Assembly: GCA_963733055.1 (NCBI GenBank)
Contig: CAVTBR010000002.1
Span: 160,001 to 224,000 of the forward strand
Source of the DNA: Candidatus Bathyarchaeota archaeon
Lineage (GTDB): Archaea > Thermoproteota > Bathyarchaeia > 40CM-2-53-6
Reading direction: 5' to 3'
Length of the DNA: 64,000 nucleotides
Part shown: in pieces, positions 9,274-19,650 of the stretch
Layout: each line of letters opens with the position of its first letter
Numbering within the stretch: position 1 is the stretch's first letter
The notes under the pieces: generated by a model
Seen by the model: the letters and a program-made list of their open reading frames with translations, nothing else
Database searches by the model: none
Told to the model about the DNA's origin: nothing
Position numbers and translations under genes: made by a program

Positions 9274-10104
9274 TCACCCGAACTTTCCACTGATGTATCG
9301 TTCCGTGAGTTCGTTGTGTGGGTTCTGGAAGATTTCTGTCGTCGGCCCATACTCGATGAGCCTACCGAGGTAAAGGAATCCGGTAAGGTCGGAGATGCGC
9401 GCTGCCTGTTGCATATTGTGTGTTACAACGATTACTGTGTAGGTCGCCTTCAGTTTTGTTATGAGTTCCTCAATCTTTGCGGTCGCAATGGGGTCGAGTG
9501 CTGAGCAGGGTTCGTCCATGAGGATAACTTCAGGTTCCACGGCTAGGGTGCGTGCGATGCACAGTCTCTGCTGTTGTCCACCAGATATACTCGCCCCGGA
9601 TTCCTTTATTCTGTCACCGATCTCGTCCCAAAGGAATGATTTCTTGAGGTTCTCCTCAACTCTTTCTGCGATGACCTTCCGATCGTGAACTCCATTAAGC
9701 CGAAGGCCTGCCGCGACATTGTCGTATATTGACATTGTTGGGAATGGGTTTGGTTTTTGGAATACCATTCCTATCCTTCGACGCACGACGACAGGATCCA
9801 TTGACGAGGAAAGAATGTCTTCGCCGTCAAGTATTATGTGACCATTGGTCCACGCGTCAGGGGTGACCTCATGCATTCTATTTAGGCAGCGGATGAATGT
9901 GGATTTGCCGCACCCTGAGGGACCAATTATGGCGGTGACTGTATTTTCCTTGAATGAGATGGATATGTCATCTAGGACTTTTTTTCGGCCGAATCCAGCG
10001 TTTAGGCCTGTTACCTGCATTTTCTCCTTTAAATTGGACAAATCGAGGACTCTCTTGTCGGCTTCCGGAGTACTATCTAACTGTGTTACGAGTTCTGAAC
10101 TCAT
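9274..10104 (-). CDS. pstB: phosphate ABC transporter ATPase
   Basis: GPSGCGKST, GMVFQKPNPFP, SGGQQQRLCIAR, DEPCSALDP, YISGKFG. Confidence 0.97.
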   Translation of the reverse strand: MSSELVTQLDSTPEADKRVLDLSNLKEKMQVTGLNAGFGRKKVLDDISISFKENTVTAIIGPSGCGKSTFIRCLNRMHEVTPDAWTNGHIILDGEDILSSSMDPVVVRRRIGMVFQKPNPFPTMSIYDNVAAGLRLNGVHDRKVIAERVEENLKKSFLWDEIGDRIKESGASISGGQQQRLCIARTLAVEPEVILMDEPCSALDPIATAKIEELITKLKATYTVIVVTHNMQQAARISDLTGFLYLGRLIEYGPTTEIFQNPHNELTERYISGKFG

Positions 10105-10258
10105 GGTTAGCTACCGACCATGGCTTACTGTGAGGATTGGGTAATTGAATGCGAGTTATATGAATCATATAGATAACAGTGCTGACACATGTGCACGCAT
10201 GTTCACAATGCGTTTTCGCTAAATAAGAATCGGCGTCTACGTGCCTCCGATGATTCGT

Positions 10259-11530
10259 ATGTCTAGCAAGACCTCGAAACGTAATGTCGGAATAGTTGCT
10301 CTTGTTGTCGTCATCCTGGCGGCAGTTGCAGGAGGATACTACTTCACGACAATGAACAACAGTCAAAGCACGTCAGCAACATCCATGATGACCTCTGATA
10401 CCTCGATGATATCTTCAGAGTCATCGATAATGACTTCAGCAACCATGACTGAAACCTCCATGGCCTCGTCAACATCTTCTGTCGCAGGATACCAACCAAC
10501 CACGCCCGTCTCGCTTCTTGGAGCGGGGGCAACGTTTCCCGCCCCGTTACTTCAGAAATGGACGGTCACATACAACCAGCTATACCCCGCAGTCACCATA
10601 AGCTACAACCCGATCGGCAGTGGGGGCGGAATACAACAGATATCAGCAAAGACGGTGGACTTCGGAGCCTCGGACGCTCCGCTAAATAGCGCACAGTTCG
10701 CGGCGGCGCCAGGTCTATCTCTCTTCCCTGAGACACTTGGTGGCGTAGCTATAACCTACAATCTGGCGGCATGGGGCGTCGGCAATAACGTTACGTTGAA
10801 CTTCACGCCGGAAGTCATCGTTGGCATCTACTTGGGGAACATACTCAAATGGAATGACCCAGCTCTCGTAGCACTCAACCCTGGAGTGAATCTACCGAAC
10901 GGCTTCATCACCACAGTGCACAGGTCAGATGGCAGCGGAACCACATATGCATTCACGAACTACCTTTCCGTTGTCAGCCCAAACTGGGCATCGCAAGTAG
11001 GCTACAGCACGTCCGTTACTTGGCCTGCTGACACGAAACTTGGGGCCATCGGTGTTGGTTCAAAGGGTAATTCCGGAGTTGCAGGCACAGTCGCGAACAC
11101 CAATGGGGCAATAGGATATGTTGACCTCATCTACGCAGTCCAGAACAATCTTGGAGTAGGAGCCGTCAAGAATGCAGCAGGCAATTTCGTTGTACCGACT
11201 CTACAAACGATTCTCTACGCAGCCCAGAACGCAACCGGCACCCCCAACCCCGCAGACCTTCGAGTGCACATAGTTAACGCCGCAGGAGCACAATCCTATC
11301 CGATCGCAACCTACACCTACATACTCGTCTACAAAGACCTGTCAGCAAACCCTAGCACGACTCACGACAAAGCAGTAGCGCTAGTTCACTTCCTTTGGTG
11401 GGCGATCCACGATGGACAGCAGTATTCATCGCCCTTGGACTACGTGCCACTCCCTGCCAATGTCGTTGCAGCGGATGAACAATTCCTGATGACTCTGAAC
11501 TATCAAGGCACAGTCCTCCTAACCGGATAG
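10259..11530 (+). CDS. pstS: phosphate ABC transporter substrate-binding protein, N-terminal anchor + Ser/Thr/Met linker
   Basis: GAGATFPAP, IGSGGG, DFGASDAPL, HRSDGSGTT, YPIATYTY; start could be 10241-10259. Confidence 0.96.
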   Translation: MSSKTSKRNVGIVALVVVILAAVAGGYYFTTMNNSQSTSATSMMTSDTSMISSESSIMTSATMTETSMASSTSSVAGYQPTTPVSLLGAGATFPAPLLQKWTVTYNQLYPAVTISYNPIGSGGGIQQISAKTVDFGASDAPLNSAQFAAAPGLSLFPETLGGVAITYNLAAWGVGNNVTLNFTPEVIVGIYLGNILKWNDPALVALNPGVNLPNGFITTVHRSDGSGTTYAFTNYLSVVSPNWASQVGYSTSVTWPADTKLGAIGVGSKGNSGVAGTVANTNGAIGYVDLIYAVQNNLGVGAVKNAAGNFVVPTLQTILYAAQNATGTPNPADLRVHIVNAAGAQSYPIATYTYILVYKDLSANPSTTHDKAVALVHFLWWAIHDGQQYSSPLDYVPLPANVVAADEQFLMTLNYQGTVLLTG

Positions 11531-11544
11531 AAGTCAGCTACGCA

Positions 11545-12519
11545 ATGCAAGAGCAACTTGAGAAAAGCCGTGTTCCGAAAAGGACACGGCGCCACGATTT
11601 TTTGCACTTTGCCCTAATTATCGCCGCGGTAGCAATTCCAGTTGTCGCGGCTCTTACCGTGTACTCGCTTTACAATGGAAGTTTAGACTCTATTCAAGCC
11701 CTAGGCTTCAGCTTTTTGACCGGTACCCTATGGGTTCCAAATCCTCCCAACGGTGGGGCTCCAATCTTGGGAGCAGTCCCCGCAATGTATGGGTCAATAG
11801 TCACGACGTTAATTGCGCTGCTATTTGCGGTTCCAATTAGCTTGGGTGTCGCTCTATTTCAATCAGAGTTGGCTCCCAGCAAAATACGACTCCCTTCAAT
11901 CTTTCTAGTTGAATTACTTGCTGCCGTGCCGAGCGTAGTGTATGGACTCTGGGGACTCTTCTACCTCGTTCCATTCATGAGCAATTACATAGATCCAGGA
12001 CTCCTCGGCTCACTCGGGTTCATCCCACTATTCCAGGGCGAAACAAATGGGCTCGGAATGCTGACGGCCGGTCTCATTTTGGCGATCATGATCACCCCCT
12101 ACGCGTCCGCAGTTATGCGAGAGGTTGTCGCAGCAGTCCCACGTAGTCAACGAGAGGCTTGCATCGCGTTGGGCGGAACAAGGCTAGAGACAATCCGAAT
12201 GGCAGTCGTTCCTTATGCCAGCACGGGCATAATCGCGGCCATCGTCCTAGCAATGGGCAGGGCAATCGGAGAAACCATGGCGGTCATCATGGTCATCGGC
12301 AACGTCGCAAGAATCAGCCCTTCATTGTTCCTTCCTGCAGAAACCATTCCAAGCGTGATCGCCAATGAGTTCACAGAAGTAGCGGGAAACAACATTTATC
12401 TCGCCGCGCTATTCGAGCTCGGTTTGATTCTTTTCGTGATCGCTTTTCTAATGAATCTAGTGGGTAGGGTACTAATTTCGAGACTGAGTTTCCATCCCGG
12501 AAGGTCAACAGATGTTTAG
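11545..12519 (+). CDS. pstC: phosphate ABC transporter permease PstC
   Basis: VELLAAVPSVVYGLWG, RAIGETMAV, IANEF. Confidence 0.95.
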   Translation: MQEQLEKSRVPKRTRRHDFLHFALIIAAVAIPVVAALTVYSLYNGSLDSIQALGFSFLTGTLWVPNPPNGGAPILGAVPAMYGSIVTTLIALLFAVPISLGVALFQSELAPSKIRLPSIFLVELLAAVPSVVYGLWGLFYLVPFMSNYIDPGLLGSLGFIPLFQGETNGLGMLTAGLILAIMITPYASAVMREVVAAVPRSQREACIALGGTRLETIRMAVVPYASTGIIAAIVLAMGRAIGETMAVIMVIGNVARISPSLFLPAETIPSVIANEFTEVAGNNIYLAALFELGLILFVIAFLMNLVGRVLISRLSFHPGRSTDV

Positions 12520-13357
12520 ATCCCTGAGTAGACGAAGGTTCAACGATAGGTTGTTTACGGCTCTAGCTACAGTTGCTTTCCTAATTCCCATAATCCCACT
12601 CGCCTCAATCCTCTACGAAACCGCCTCCCTAGGCCATAGCGTGCTGAATCTCAACTTTTTCACACAGGTCACTCCTCCGATTGGTGGAAGTGGCGGTGGC
12701 ATATTGAATGCGGTAGAGGGTAGCTTGGTCGTGGTCGGAATAGCGTCTATAATCGGTATACCCATAGGACTCTTCGCCGGGGCCTATCTATCCGAATACC
12801 CGGGTAGGCTCGCAAACAATATCAGGCTTGTCGCGGAGGTTCTGACGGGGGTTCCGTCCATCGTGACGGGCATCGTTGTATACGTTTTGATCGTGGCCAC
12901 ATTACACAGATTTTCAGCCCTCGCCGGCGGGATTGCTTTAAGTTTCATGATGATACCCATTGTGGCGATATCGACACACGAGTCCCTCAGACTTGTGCCC
13001 TCTTATATCAAGGAGGGCGGCTTGGCTCTCGGAATATCGAGGTCAAAGACGCTCCTCTACATCCTCGTGTCGAGTGCCAAGAGTGGAATCATTACGGGCA
13101 TTGCTCTGGCGGTTGCTCGAATCATGGGGGAAACCGCTCCCCTGCTCTTCACCGCTCTCGGCAGCCAATTCTTGATGAACAGCGTTTTCGACCCGACAGC
13201 CACTATGACCGTGCTGATCTTTGACTTTGGAACTTCCCCGTACCCGAACGCGCATGCCTTTGCTTGGGGCGCAGCCTTCACACTACTGATGATAGTCTTG
13301 AGCCTGAATATAGTAGTCCGAGTCGCGTCAAGATTGAAACCCACGGTCCCCATTTGA
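12512..13357 (+). CDS. pstA: phosphate ABC transporter permease PstA
   Basis: GVPSIVTG, ARIMGETAPLLFTA. Confidence 0.95.
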   Translation: MFRSLSRRRFNDRLFTALATVAFLIPIIPLASILYETASLGHSVLNLNFFTQVTPPIGGSGGGILNAVEGSLVVVGIASIIGIPIGLFAGAYLSEYPGRLANNIRLVAEVLTGVPSIVTGIVVYVLIVATLHRFSALAGGIALSFMMIPIVAISTHESLRLVPSYIKEGGLALGISRSKTLLYILVSSAKSGIITGIALAVARIMGETAPLLFTALGSQFLMNSVFDPTATMTVLIFDFGTSPYPNAHAFAWGAAFTLLMIVLSLNIVVRVASRLKPTVPI

Positions 13358-13426
13358 CTTCCGAGTTCTTCAACCTACTTCAGGTAACAAAACGCCTGAA
13401 TTGTGTTTCTGCTTGAGAATTGGATC

Positions 13427-15205
13427 TCAGGCCATGTTGATCAGTTGCTTCGGCGTGAGCAGCCAGATCAGGGTTGCACACTTTCCCATCTGCAACTTCT
13501 CAACCTGTAGCTTGCAAACGCTTCCCTTCTTGAGTAGCGGTCTCGCGCTAGCGCTTCCGGTCGTCAGGGTTGAGATCAAAGCGCTCAGTTGGGGTTCGTG
13601 TCCCACCATGAGCAAACGCCTGCATGGTGAGTATTTTTCTTGCACTGCTCTGATGGCTTCTTCCGGAAGTACTTCGGGTCTTAGCGCCTGTGAGGTTTGA
13701 ATTATCTGCCCCACCCCATACTCGCGTGCAACGACGAACGCCGTCTCCAAAGCCCGCCTATACGGGCTCGTCAAGATCAAATCAAACTGAACATTTAGGC
13801 GACGTAATCCTTTGGCGATCCGACGGAGCCTTTTCATACCCTTCATCGTTAGGGGTCGATCCGAGTCCAGCGGGTAAGCCGCATCGCCCCGAGTAACTGC
13901 GATCCCATGCCTAAGGATGAACAGCGTCTTTGAAGGGGAGGATGCTACGCCGGTCTGCTCATGAATAACTGGCTTCCAGATGCTGCCGAATTTTGGAACA
14001 GACTTTAGAAAGCGTTCGGTCGCCTCAATCTTCCGCCTTTCGAGGTCCAACCATATCTCCGCAACGGCAGATGGTACATTCTCTTTCTTCCATCTGAACT
14101 CAACTAGATCTTTCATGAGGACCTCAAGGTCTTGAATTTGACCCATTAGTCGAGCGAGGAGCGTGGCGGTTCTAAGTTGCCTGCTTTCCAATCCCACTAC
14201 TGGCTGTAGCATCTCGATTGTGTACCGTAGTGGTTTGAAGGCGAGTCGTACTCTATGAATCGACGCGTAATCCGCGGGGGTCAGTGCTTCAATTTTCTTG
14301 CTCAAGTTATCAAAGGAGACATCTAATGAGGCATCGACAATCCTGTGAGAGTTCTCTGATGTTGTAGTGGCGCAACGCGCGTTGAGTCTAATCCTTGCTC
14401 GGTTGACGGCGTTCTCAATGAATTTTCTATCTGATTTCCAGGGAATCTTATTGGCCGACTTGAGGTACGCGGTTTCTCTGTCCCGGAGCTCGTCATAGAA
14501 TTCTTTCATCTCTGGAAGTTCTTTGAGAAAACCGCGTGTCCTTACCATTTCGATGTGTACGTCTCGAAGGACGCTTAGCTCTTTGAGTTGGTCTTTTAGT
14601 TTGACGCGGGCTTGTCTGAGGATGTTATCTGGATTGAACCTGTCAATCAAGTCGATGGTTGTGGTGAGGCGTCGAATACTGACGCGGAGGTCGTGCACGT
14701 TTTTGACCGACGCGAGTTGCTGGTAGCGCTTCAAGCTCTCTACATAATCGTTCCATCGCTTGTCCAAGGCGATGATTATGAAATTAAGGACGTCCGGCTT
14801 GGCTGATCTTCGTCGTATGGGAGCCTTCACGGCGACTCTGCGTTGTGAGACTCTCTTGGGGGCAACAGTCTTCACAGGTTTCAAAATCGGTTTTGGTTTC
14901 TGTATGGTTTTTGGTTTCGGCCGTGGTCGCGGCTTCTGTACCGCTTTCGGTTTCAGCCGTGATTGCGTACTTGGTTTCGGCGGTGGTTGCGGTTTTGATT
15001 TCTTGACCGGTTTTAACCTCTTGATGGGCTTTTGGGTAACATGCCGGGACTTGCTTCGCTGTACTTTACTTGCACGTACTCGTCTGACTTGAATTCTTTC
15101 CCTTGAACCGCTCGCTCTGCTTGGTCTCGCTCTGCTTGGTGCCCGCACCGCGACTCGGCGCTTCTTCGGGACCACTATCTTTCTTACCCTGCTCCTTCTT
15201 CTCAA
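13427..15205 (-). CDS. polybasic tail + CHAD domain + SixA-like phosphohistidine phosphatase fusion
   Basis: VHDLRVSIRRL, IHRVRLAFKPLRY, MGQIQDLEV (CHAD); LFILRHG, RPLT, LTSPYRRALETA, VGHEP (SixA); first ~135 aa are K/R/P-rich. Confidence 0.88.
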   Translation of the reverse strand: MRRRSRVRKIVVPKKRRVAVRAPSRARPSRASGSRERIQVRRVRASKVQRSKSRHVTQKPIKRLKPVKKSKPQPPPKPSTQSRLKPKAVQKPRPRPKPKTIQKPKPILKPVKTVAPKRVSQRRVAVKAPIRRRSAKPDVLNFIIIALDKRWNDYVESLKRYQQLASVKNVHDLRVSIRRLTTTIDLIDRFNPDNILRQARVKLKDQLKELSVLRDVHIEMVRTRGFLKELPEMKEFYDELRDRETAYLKSANKIPWKSDRKFIENAVNRARIRLNARCATTTSENSHRIVDASLDVSFDNLSKKIEALTPADYASIHRVRLAFKPLRYTIEMLQPVVGLESRQLRTATLLARLMGQIQDLEVLMKDLVEFRWKKENVPSAVAEIWLDLERRKIEATERFLKSVPKFGSIWKPVIHEQTGVASSPSKTLFILRHGIAVTRGDAAYPLDSDRPLTMKGMKRLRRIAKGLRRLNVQFDLILTSPYRRALETAFVVAREYGVGQIIQTSQALRPEVLPEEAIRAVQEKYSPCRRLLMVGHEPQLSALISTLTTGSASARPLLKKGSVCKLQVEKLQMGKCATLIWLLTPKQLINMA

Positions 15206-16784
15206 TTGGTGGTTGCAGGCTCCTGATCGTGATGAGTCTCAATGGGGGGTAATCTCGTTAGAACCTTTTCGACTTTGGATCTCAATTCCTTGTGGATGGC
15301 AAGCGGTGACCTGTTTCCGTTAATGGTATCGAACTTGTAGTCTAGCGTCAGGCGTTGGAATTCCGTGCGCATTCTTCGCTGATAATCGACGAAGCATTGG
15401 TACATATCTCCCGAGCGGCGAATGTCCATCCCAGATTCCCAAAAGTCGAGCATCCCGCTCTTCATCAGGTTTCGTTCGCGAGGATGCGGGGGTTGACGGC
15501 GAGGTAGAATACCGCGTCGGGGACTAAGGCGATACTGTAAACTTTCTGCACCCATTCCCTACTCATCCCCCTGACGACCTCCCGCGCCATGAGAGTGTAG
15601 ATGTAGCGGTCCGCGAGCACTACGAAACCCGCTTTCAGGGCTGGGATGATGTTGTTCTCGAGCTGGTCCGCGAAGTCAGTCGCGTAGAAGATGGTCATTG
15701 TGACCGGACTTAATGTATTGCCCAGCAGAGCTTCCTGCAACTCCGCGGATACGAGACGCGACCTCTTTAGACCAACATCTATTGTCGGATAACCTAGGAC
15801 TTCTAGATGCTTGTGCAGCAGATCAATTTGCGTAGACCTACCTGACCCATCCGACCCTTCGACGACCAGCAGCTTTCCCTTGAGTTGACCAAGGTTAACC
15901 TTTGGGAGCCCTCTTCCAAAGAAGTGCTTCTCAGAACCGTTATTCTGGAACGGAAATGTCACGTCTCCGGCATCCGCTAGGGTCAGTTCGTCATTAGAGG
16001 GGGTCATGGCTTGCAGCGGTTTCTCTTCAGACGCCTCCCTCAAGGCACTCCTAAATTTCTGCTCCGGGTACTGTACCCCGCGCAGACCCGGCGGAACGGG
16101 GAGCGGTCCCTTCGCTTTATGCTTCGATAGATCGATTCGCTGGTTGACAAAATCACGAATAGCCTGCTGCTGGTCATCCGGAGGCCGACTTGCGTCGATT
16201 ACAATGAAGTTATACTTTCGAGCGATGTTGTGGTATTCATTGTTCAGCATGCCCGCGAATATCCGGAAGCTCTCATATGGGTCTGGGGAGAGGTTGAGGT
16301 CCATTCCAGCTTCGTGGTACTTCAGTTGCGGACGGCTTTCGAGAATTCGTGCGAGTGCCGTCTCCAATGGAACGTCAAAGAAGAATGTAGCGTCTGGGTG
16401 TCGTGCGAAACTATAGAGGTTCCTCACCCATTCCGGATCGCATCCCCGAACCACGTCACGCACGAACGCAGTGTACACGTACCGGTCAGCGAGTACCAGA
16501 TAGCCAGCTCTTAGTAACGGGAGAATTTGCCTCTCATATCTATCCGCAAAGTCAGTGCAGTGAATCAGAGAGAACGTGGTCGGGGTCAGCAGGCGTTTCT
16601 TCTTTCCCCTCCGTGTTGCCTTCTTGACCAGAGAGGATGAATTCCATTCCGTGAAAATGACCTTGTACCGTTCTAGCTCAAGCCACCGGCGTAGAAGATA
16701 GATCTGAGTAGACTTCCCCGACCCGTCAATGCCTTCGACGGCGATCAGTTTTCCGGGCAAAGGGTCTTGTTCCGACGAAATCAT
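15202..16784 (-). CDS. tandem thymidylate-kinase-like protein, candidate single-chain family-3 polyphosphate kinase (apparent -1 frameshift at ~15477)
   Basis: Domain 1 EGIDGSGKST...DRYVYT; domain 2 EGSDGSGRST...DRYIYT. One added base near 15477 joins ...ILAERNLMKSGMLDFWESGMD (528 codons). ATG 16784 overlaps the ppx stop. Confidence 0.85.
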
Positions 16785-18292
16785 GACGTGATCACTATCT
16801 TCTTCTTGTATGTCTTCTCGAATAGCCGCGCTCCGTAGTTCAGCGCCCACTTTTCAAGAAGCAAGTCCCCCTTCCCTTTAAGCATCAAGATTACTTTCCT
16901 CTTTCTAACAGTGACTTTCACGCTTTCCACTCTGCCGGAGTGTTCTCGGTCGAGCCCTTCCGCGAGTCGAAGCAGACTGGCTAACTTAACGACCGTTCGT
17001 CGTTGTTTCGGAGACAGATCCATGTACTCCCTGTGGCTGGCTTTGGGGAAGGAACGGCTGTGGTAGCGGGTTACTGCAGCGATAACCGCCTTATCAGAGT
17101 CATCTACACCTATCAAAGGGGACGCGTTGATCAGATACAAGGAATTCTTATGATGATTCTTCGTTCCAATGTAATATCCAATGTCATGAAGGAGCGAAGC
17201 CACTTCAAGCAAAGTTCGTTCGGTTGCGCCTAATTTGTGGAGTTTTTTCGTCCCGTCAAAGAGCGCGATGGCAAATCTTGTAACAGTTTGCGCATGCTCT
17301 GCTTCATAATCATATTTTCTCCCCAAAAGCCTCGCGGAAGTGACGAGCTGGGTTCGATCTGGTGGGCCCGAGTCGCGCCCCAATCCGCGTGCCATATCAA
17401 TAAGTAAACCCTCTCTGACTCCGACACGCGGAATCTCGATTTCTTGTATCCTTGCTTCCTTGGCCACAATTTGGAGAACTATTATGGCGGGTATGATAAC
17501 GTCGGCTCTATCCGGCCGAAGTCCGAAATCTCTGATCCTCTCTTCGTAGGATCTTGATTGTAATTGTTTGAGAATTGAGTCGAGGTCATCGAGTGTTATG
17601 GAGGCGTCACTGTCTGCGTCGCATAATTGCACGCGGAGGCCGCCCAGCGATTCGACGTTACCTCCCGTAGCGATACAGAGGTCTACTGCGTGTTCGCCGA
17701 TTTCCTTTCTGAGCCGAGTTCCGGAAACGTTGATGTATTCTCGGGCGAGTTGACGGAAGACTCTATCTCCTCGTTTCCTTTGTTCGAGCATTTGCAGAAG
17801 CCTTACGGTACCAATACTGAAACTCTCCGTTGCGATAATCTCGTGTTCAGTTGCGAGGCTGACCTCTACGCTTCCGCCGCCAATATCGACGAGTAGGGCG
17901 ACTTTACCGTTGAGGCGAATGGCCTTTGATACGGCTACGTAGATCAGGCGCGCTTCTTCCTCGGCGCTGATTATGTCTATCATTATCTCTGTGGCTTTGG
18001 AGATTTGCCTAATGCAGTACTCTCGGTTCCTGGCTTCTCTTAGAGCGCTGGTTCCTACCGCCCTCACCGATTTGACTTTGTGTTGATTGATCAATTTCCG
18101 AAACTTGAGGAACGCATTCATCGCTTCAACAAGGCGCGCATCGGTTATCTCACCGCTCGCGAAAACGTCGGCACCTAGGCGGACAGGCTCACGGTCCGTA
18201 TGTATTATGTGGATTCGACCCTCATCGTCAGCTGACGCAATAGCTAGCCGCATCGCATTCGAGCCAACATCGATTGCGGCAAGCTTGGGCAT
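16781..18292 (-). CDS. ppx: exopolyphosphatase Ppx/GppA family with C-terminal HD domain
   Basis: AAIDVGSNAMRL, TSALREA, EEEARL, DIGGGSVE, GVREG, LLHDIG. Confidence 0.95.
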   Translation of the reverse strand: MPKLAAIDVGSNAMRLAIASADDEGRIHIIHTDREPVRLGADVFASGEITDARLVEAMNAFLKFRKLINQHKVKSVRAVGTSALREARNREYCIRQISKATEIMIDIISAEEEARLIYVAVSKAIRLNGKVALLVDIGGGSVEVSLATEHEIIATESFSIGTVRLLQMLEQRKRGDRVFRQLAREYINVSGTRLRKEIGEHAVDLCIATGGNVESLGGLRVQLCDADSDASITLDDLDSILKQLQSRSYEERIRDFGLRPDRADVIIPAIIVLQIVAKEARIQEIEIPRVGVREGLLIDMARGLGRDSGPPDRTQLVTSARLLGRKYDYEAEHAQTVTRFAIALFDGTKKLHKLGATERTLLEVASLLHDIGYYIGTKNHHKNSLYLINASPLIGVDDSDKAVIAAVTRYHSRSFPKASHREYMDLSPKQRRTVVKLASLLRLAEGLDREHSGRVESVKVTVRKRKVILMLKGKGDLLLEKWALNYGARLFEKTYKKKIVITS

Positions 18293-18821
18293 ACAACGAG
18301 CCTCTTTTCAATTTAGACGAGAACAATATGGCTGCCTCTCGCCTTATCAAAAGTTCGTACGCTAGGATCCGTTCGCATATCTCTATGCGAAATGTCAACA
18401 TTCCGTTATCTAAGCCAATTCAAATTAGACCCCGCACCGTTAGGTCTTCCCGGAATCATAGGCAGATGCAGCTAGATCACTGGAAATAGTGCTCGTTTTC
18501 CAACGAACAATTAGGCCGTAAGGATCAACGATTCCAGTCGTGGTCGTAGAGTGGCCGCGGGTCTGAATTAATGATTCTCCAGCGTTTATCCCGTATGTAC
18601 GGCTCTCCGGCGAAGCGTATAGGTAACAGTCGCCGGTCTCAGCGTTCTTCCCCAGTTCCATGATTATTGCTTTGGCGATTTCCGAGATCCTAGACCAATA
18701 GCCGTTGGGAGTTTGTTCGGGTTTGGATGTGCTACTTCGCACGTTTGTGGAGGATCTTGACGGATTAAATGGGACGCCTCGACGGACGGCCTTGGAACTT
18801 CCATGCGTCAATCCTCTGTCC

Positions 18822-18983
18822 CTACGCCGGAATCGAGCACATTTCTACGTGATACAAGTAGATCTCTTCATTGACGGCCCAGAATCCACAATTGTCGCAG
18901 ACAAGCGCCTCATCCGAAAAGTCAAGAAAATCTCTATCCATTGAAACCCCAACGGGGCGTCGTTCTATCTCTGCTGTCTTCAT
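18822..18983 (-). CDS. small C2HC-type zinc-finger protein (53 aa)
   Basis: Not in track. Manual translation MKTAEIERRPVGVSMDRDFLDFSDEALVCDNCGFWAVNEEIYLYHVEMCSIPA*. Confidence 0.5.
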   Translation of the reverse strand: MKTAEIERRPVGVSMDRDFLDFSDEALVCDNCGFWAVNEEIYLYHVEMCSIPA

Positions 18984-19218
18984 TTTGCTTCAAGCCCGAT
19001 ATACGCGAAAGTGACTCTTAGTCGAATCCCACATAGAGCTCGCGCCACTCTGCTACAACACACGACTCACGTGACGACATGAGCGCGCATTCTTACGTAG
19101 AGTACGAAGTCTCAGTTCCTGTCGGTTTGTTCAAGGCGTCCACTATCGGGTGAAGGACGGCGCATCGTCCCAAATCGGTTAAGTACACTCGGCTCCCATA
19201 AGCGCCTGAGATTCTGCT

Positions 19219-19638
19219 TTGTCGCCACAAAGAACGGTCGAGGTGGAAGGTGATCAGGGTTCTCGTGAATTCCTCTGCGTCGCAACCATACTGCCGATCC
19301 GAAGTTGGCAGGACATCATTCCCTTCTTCTGGATGACCGGTAAGGTCCAGAAGCAGCTGGAGCAGTCTAAAGGCCTAGTCAGATATGGTCTGAAGACCGA
19401 TTTGCCGCACAAACGTTTCTGGACGTTCTCTGTTTGGCGGGATAGAGAGTCTATGGAGAACTTCGCGGGAATGAACCCTCACACCGATGCAATATCGAAA
19501 TTCTCGGACTGGGCTGGAGAGGGCGCAGCCTTCGTTGAATGGAAAGCTACGAATGGAGCGGTGGATTGGGATCTGGCGTCGAAGCAACTTGAGAACCCAA
19601 CATTCCGCTACCAACGAGACGAGAACAAGTCCGCGTGA
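19219..19638 (+). CDS. DUF3291 / ABM-monooxygenase-like protein
   Basis: FWTFSVWRDRESMENF...PH motif of dimeric alpha/beta-barrel proteins. Confidence 0.7.
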   Translation: MSPQRTVEVEGDQGSREFLCVATILPIRSWQDIIPFFWMTGKVQKQLEQSKGLVRYGLKTDLPHKRFWTFSVWRDRESMENFAGMNPHTDAISKFSDWAGEGAAFVEWKATNGAVDWDLASKQLENPTFRYQRDENKSA

Positions 19639-19650
19639 CAGGCGTTTAGG

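Noticed and set aside
18300-18944. Track ORFs 18440-18811 and 18705-18944
   Set aside because: No recognisable motifs, and they overlap on opposite strands; probably spurious or decayed.
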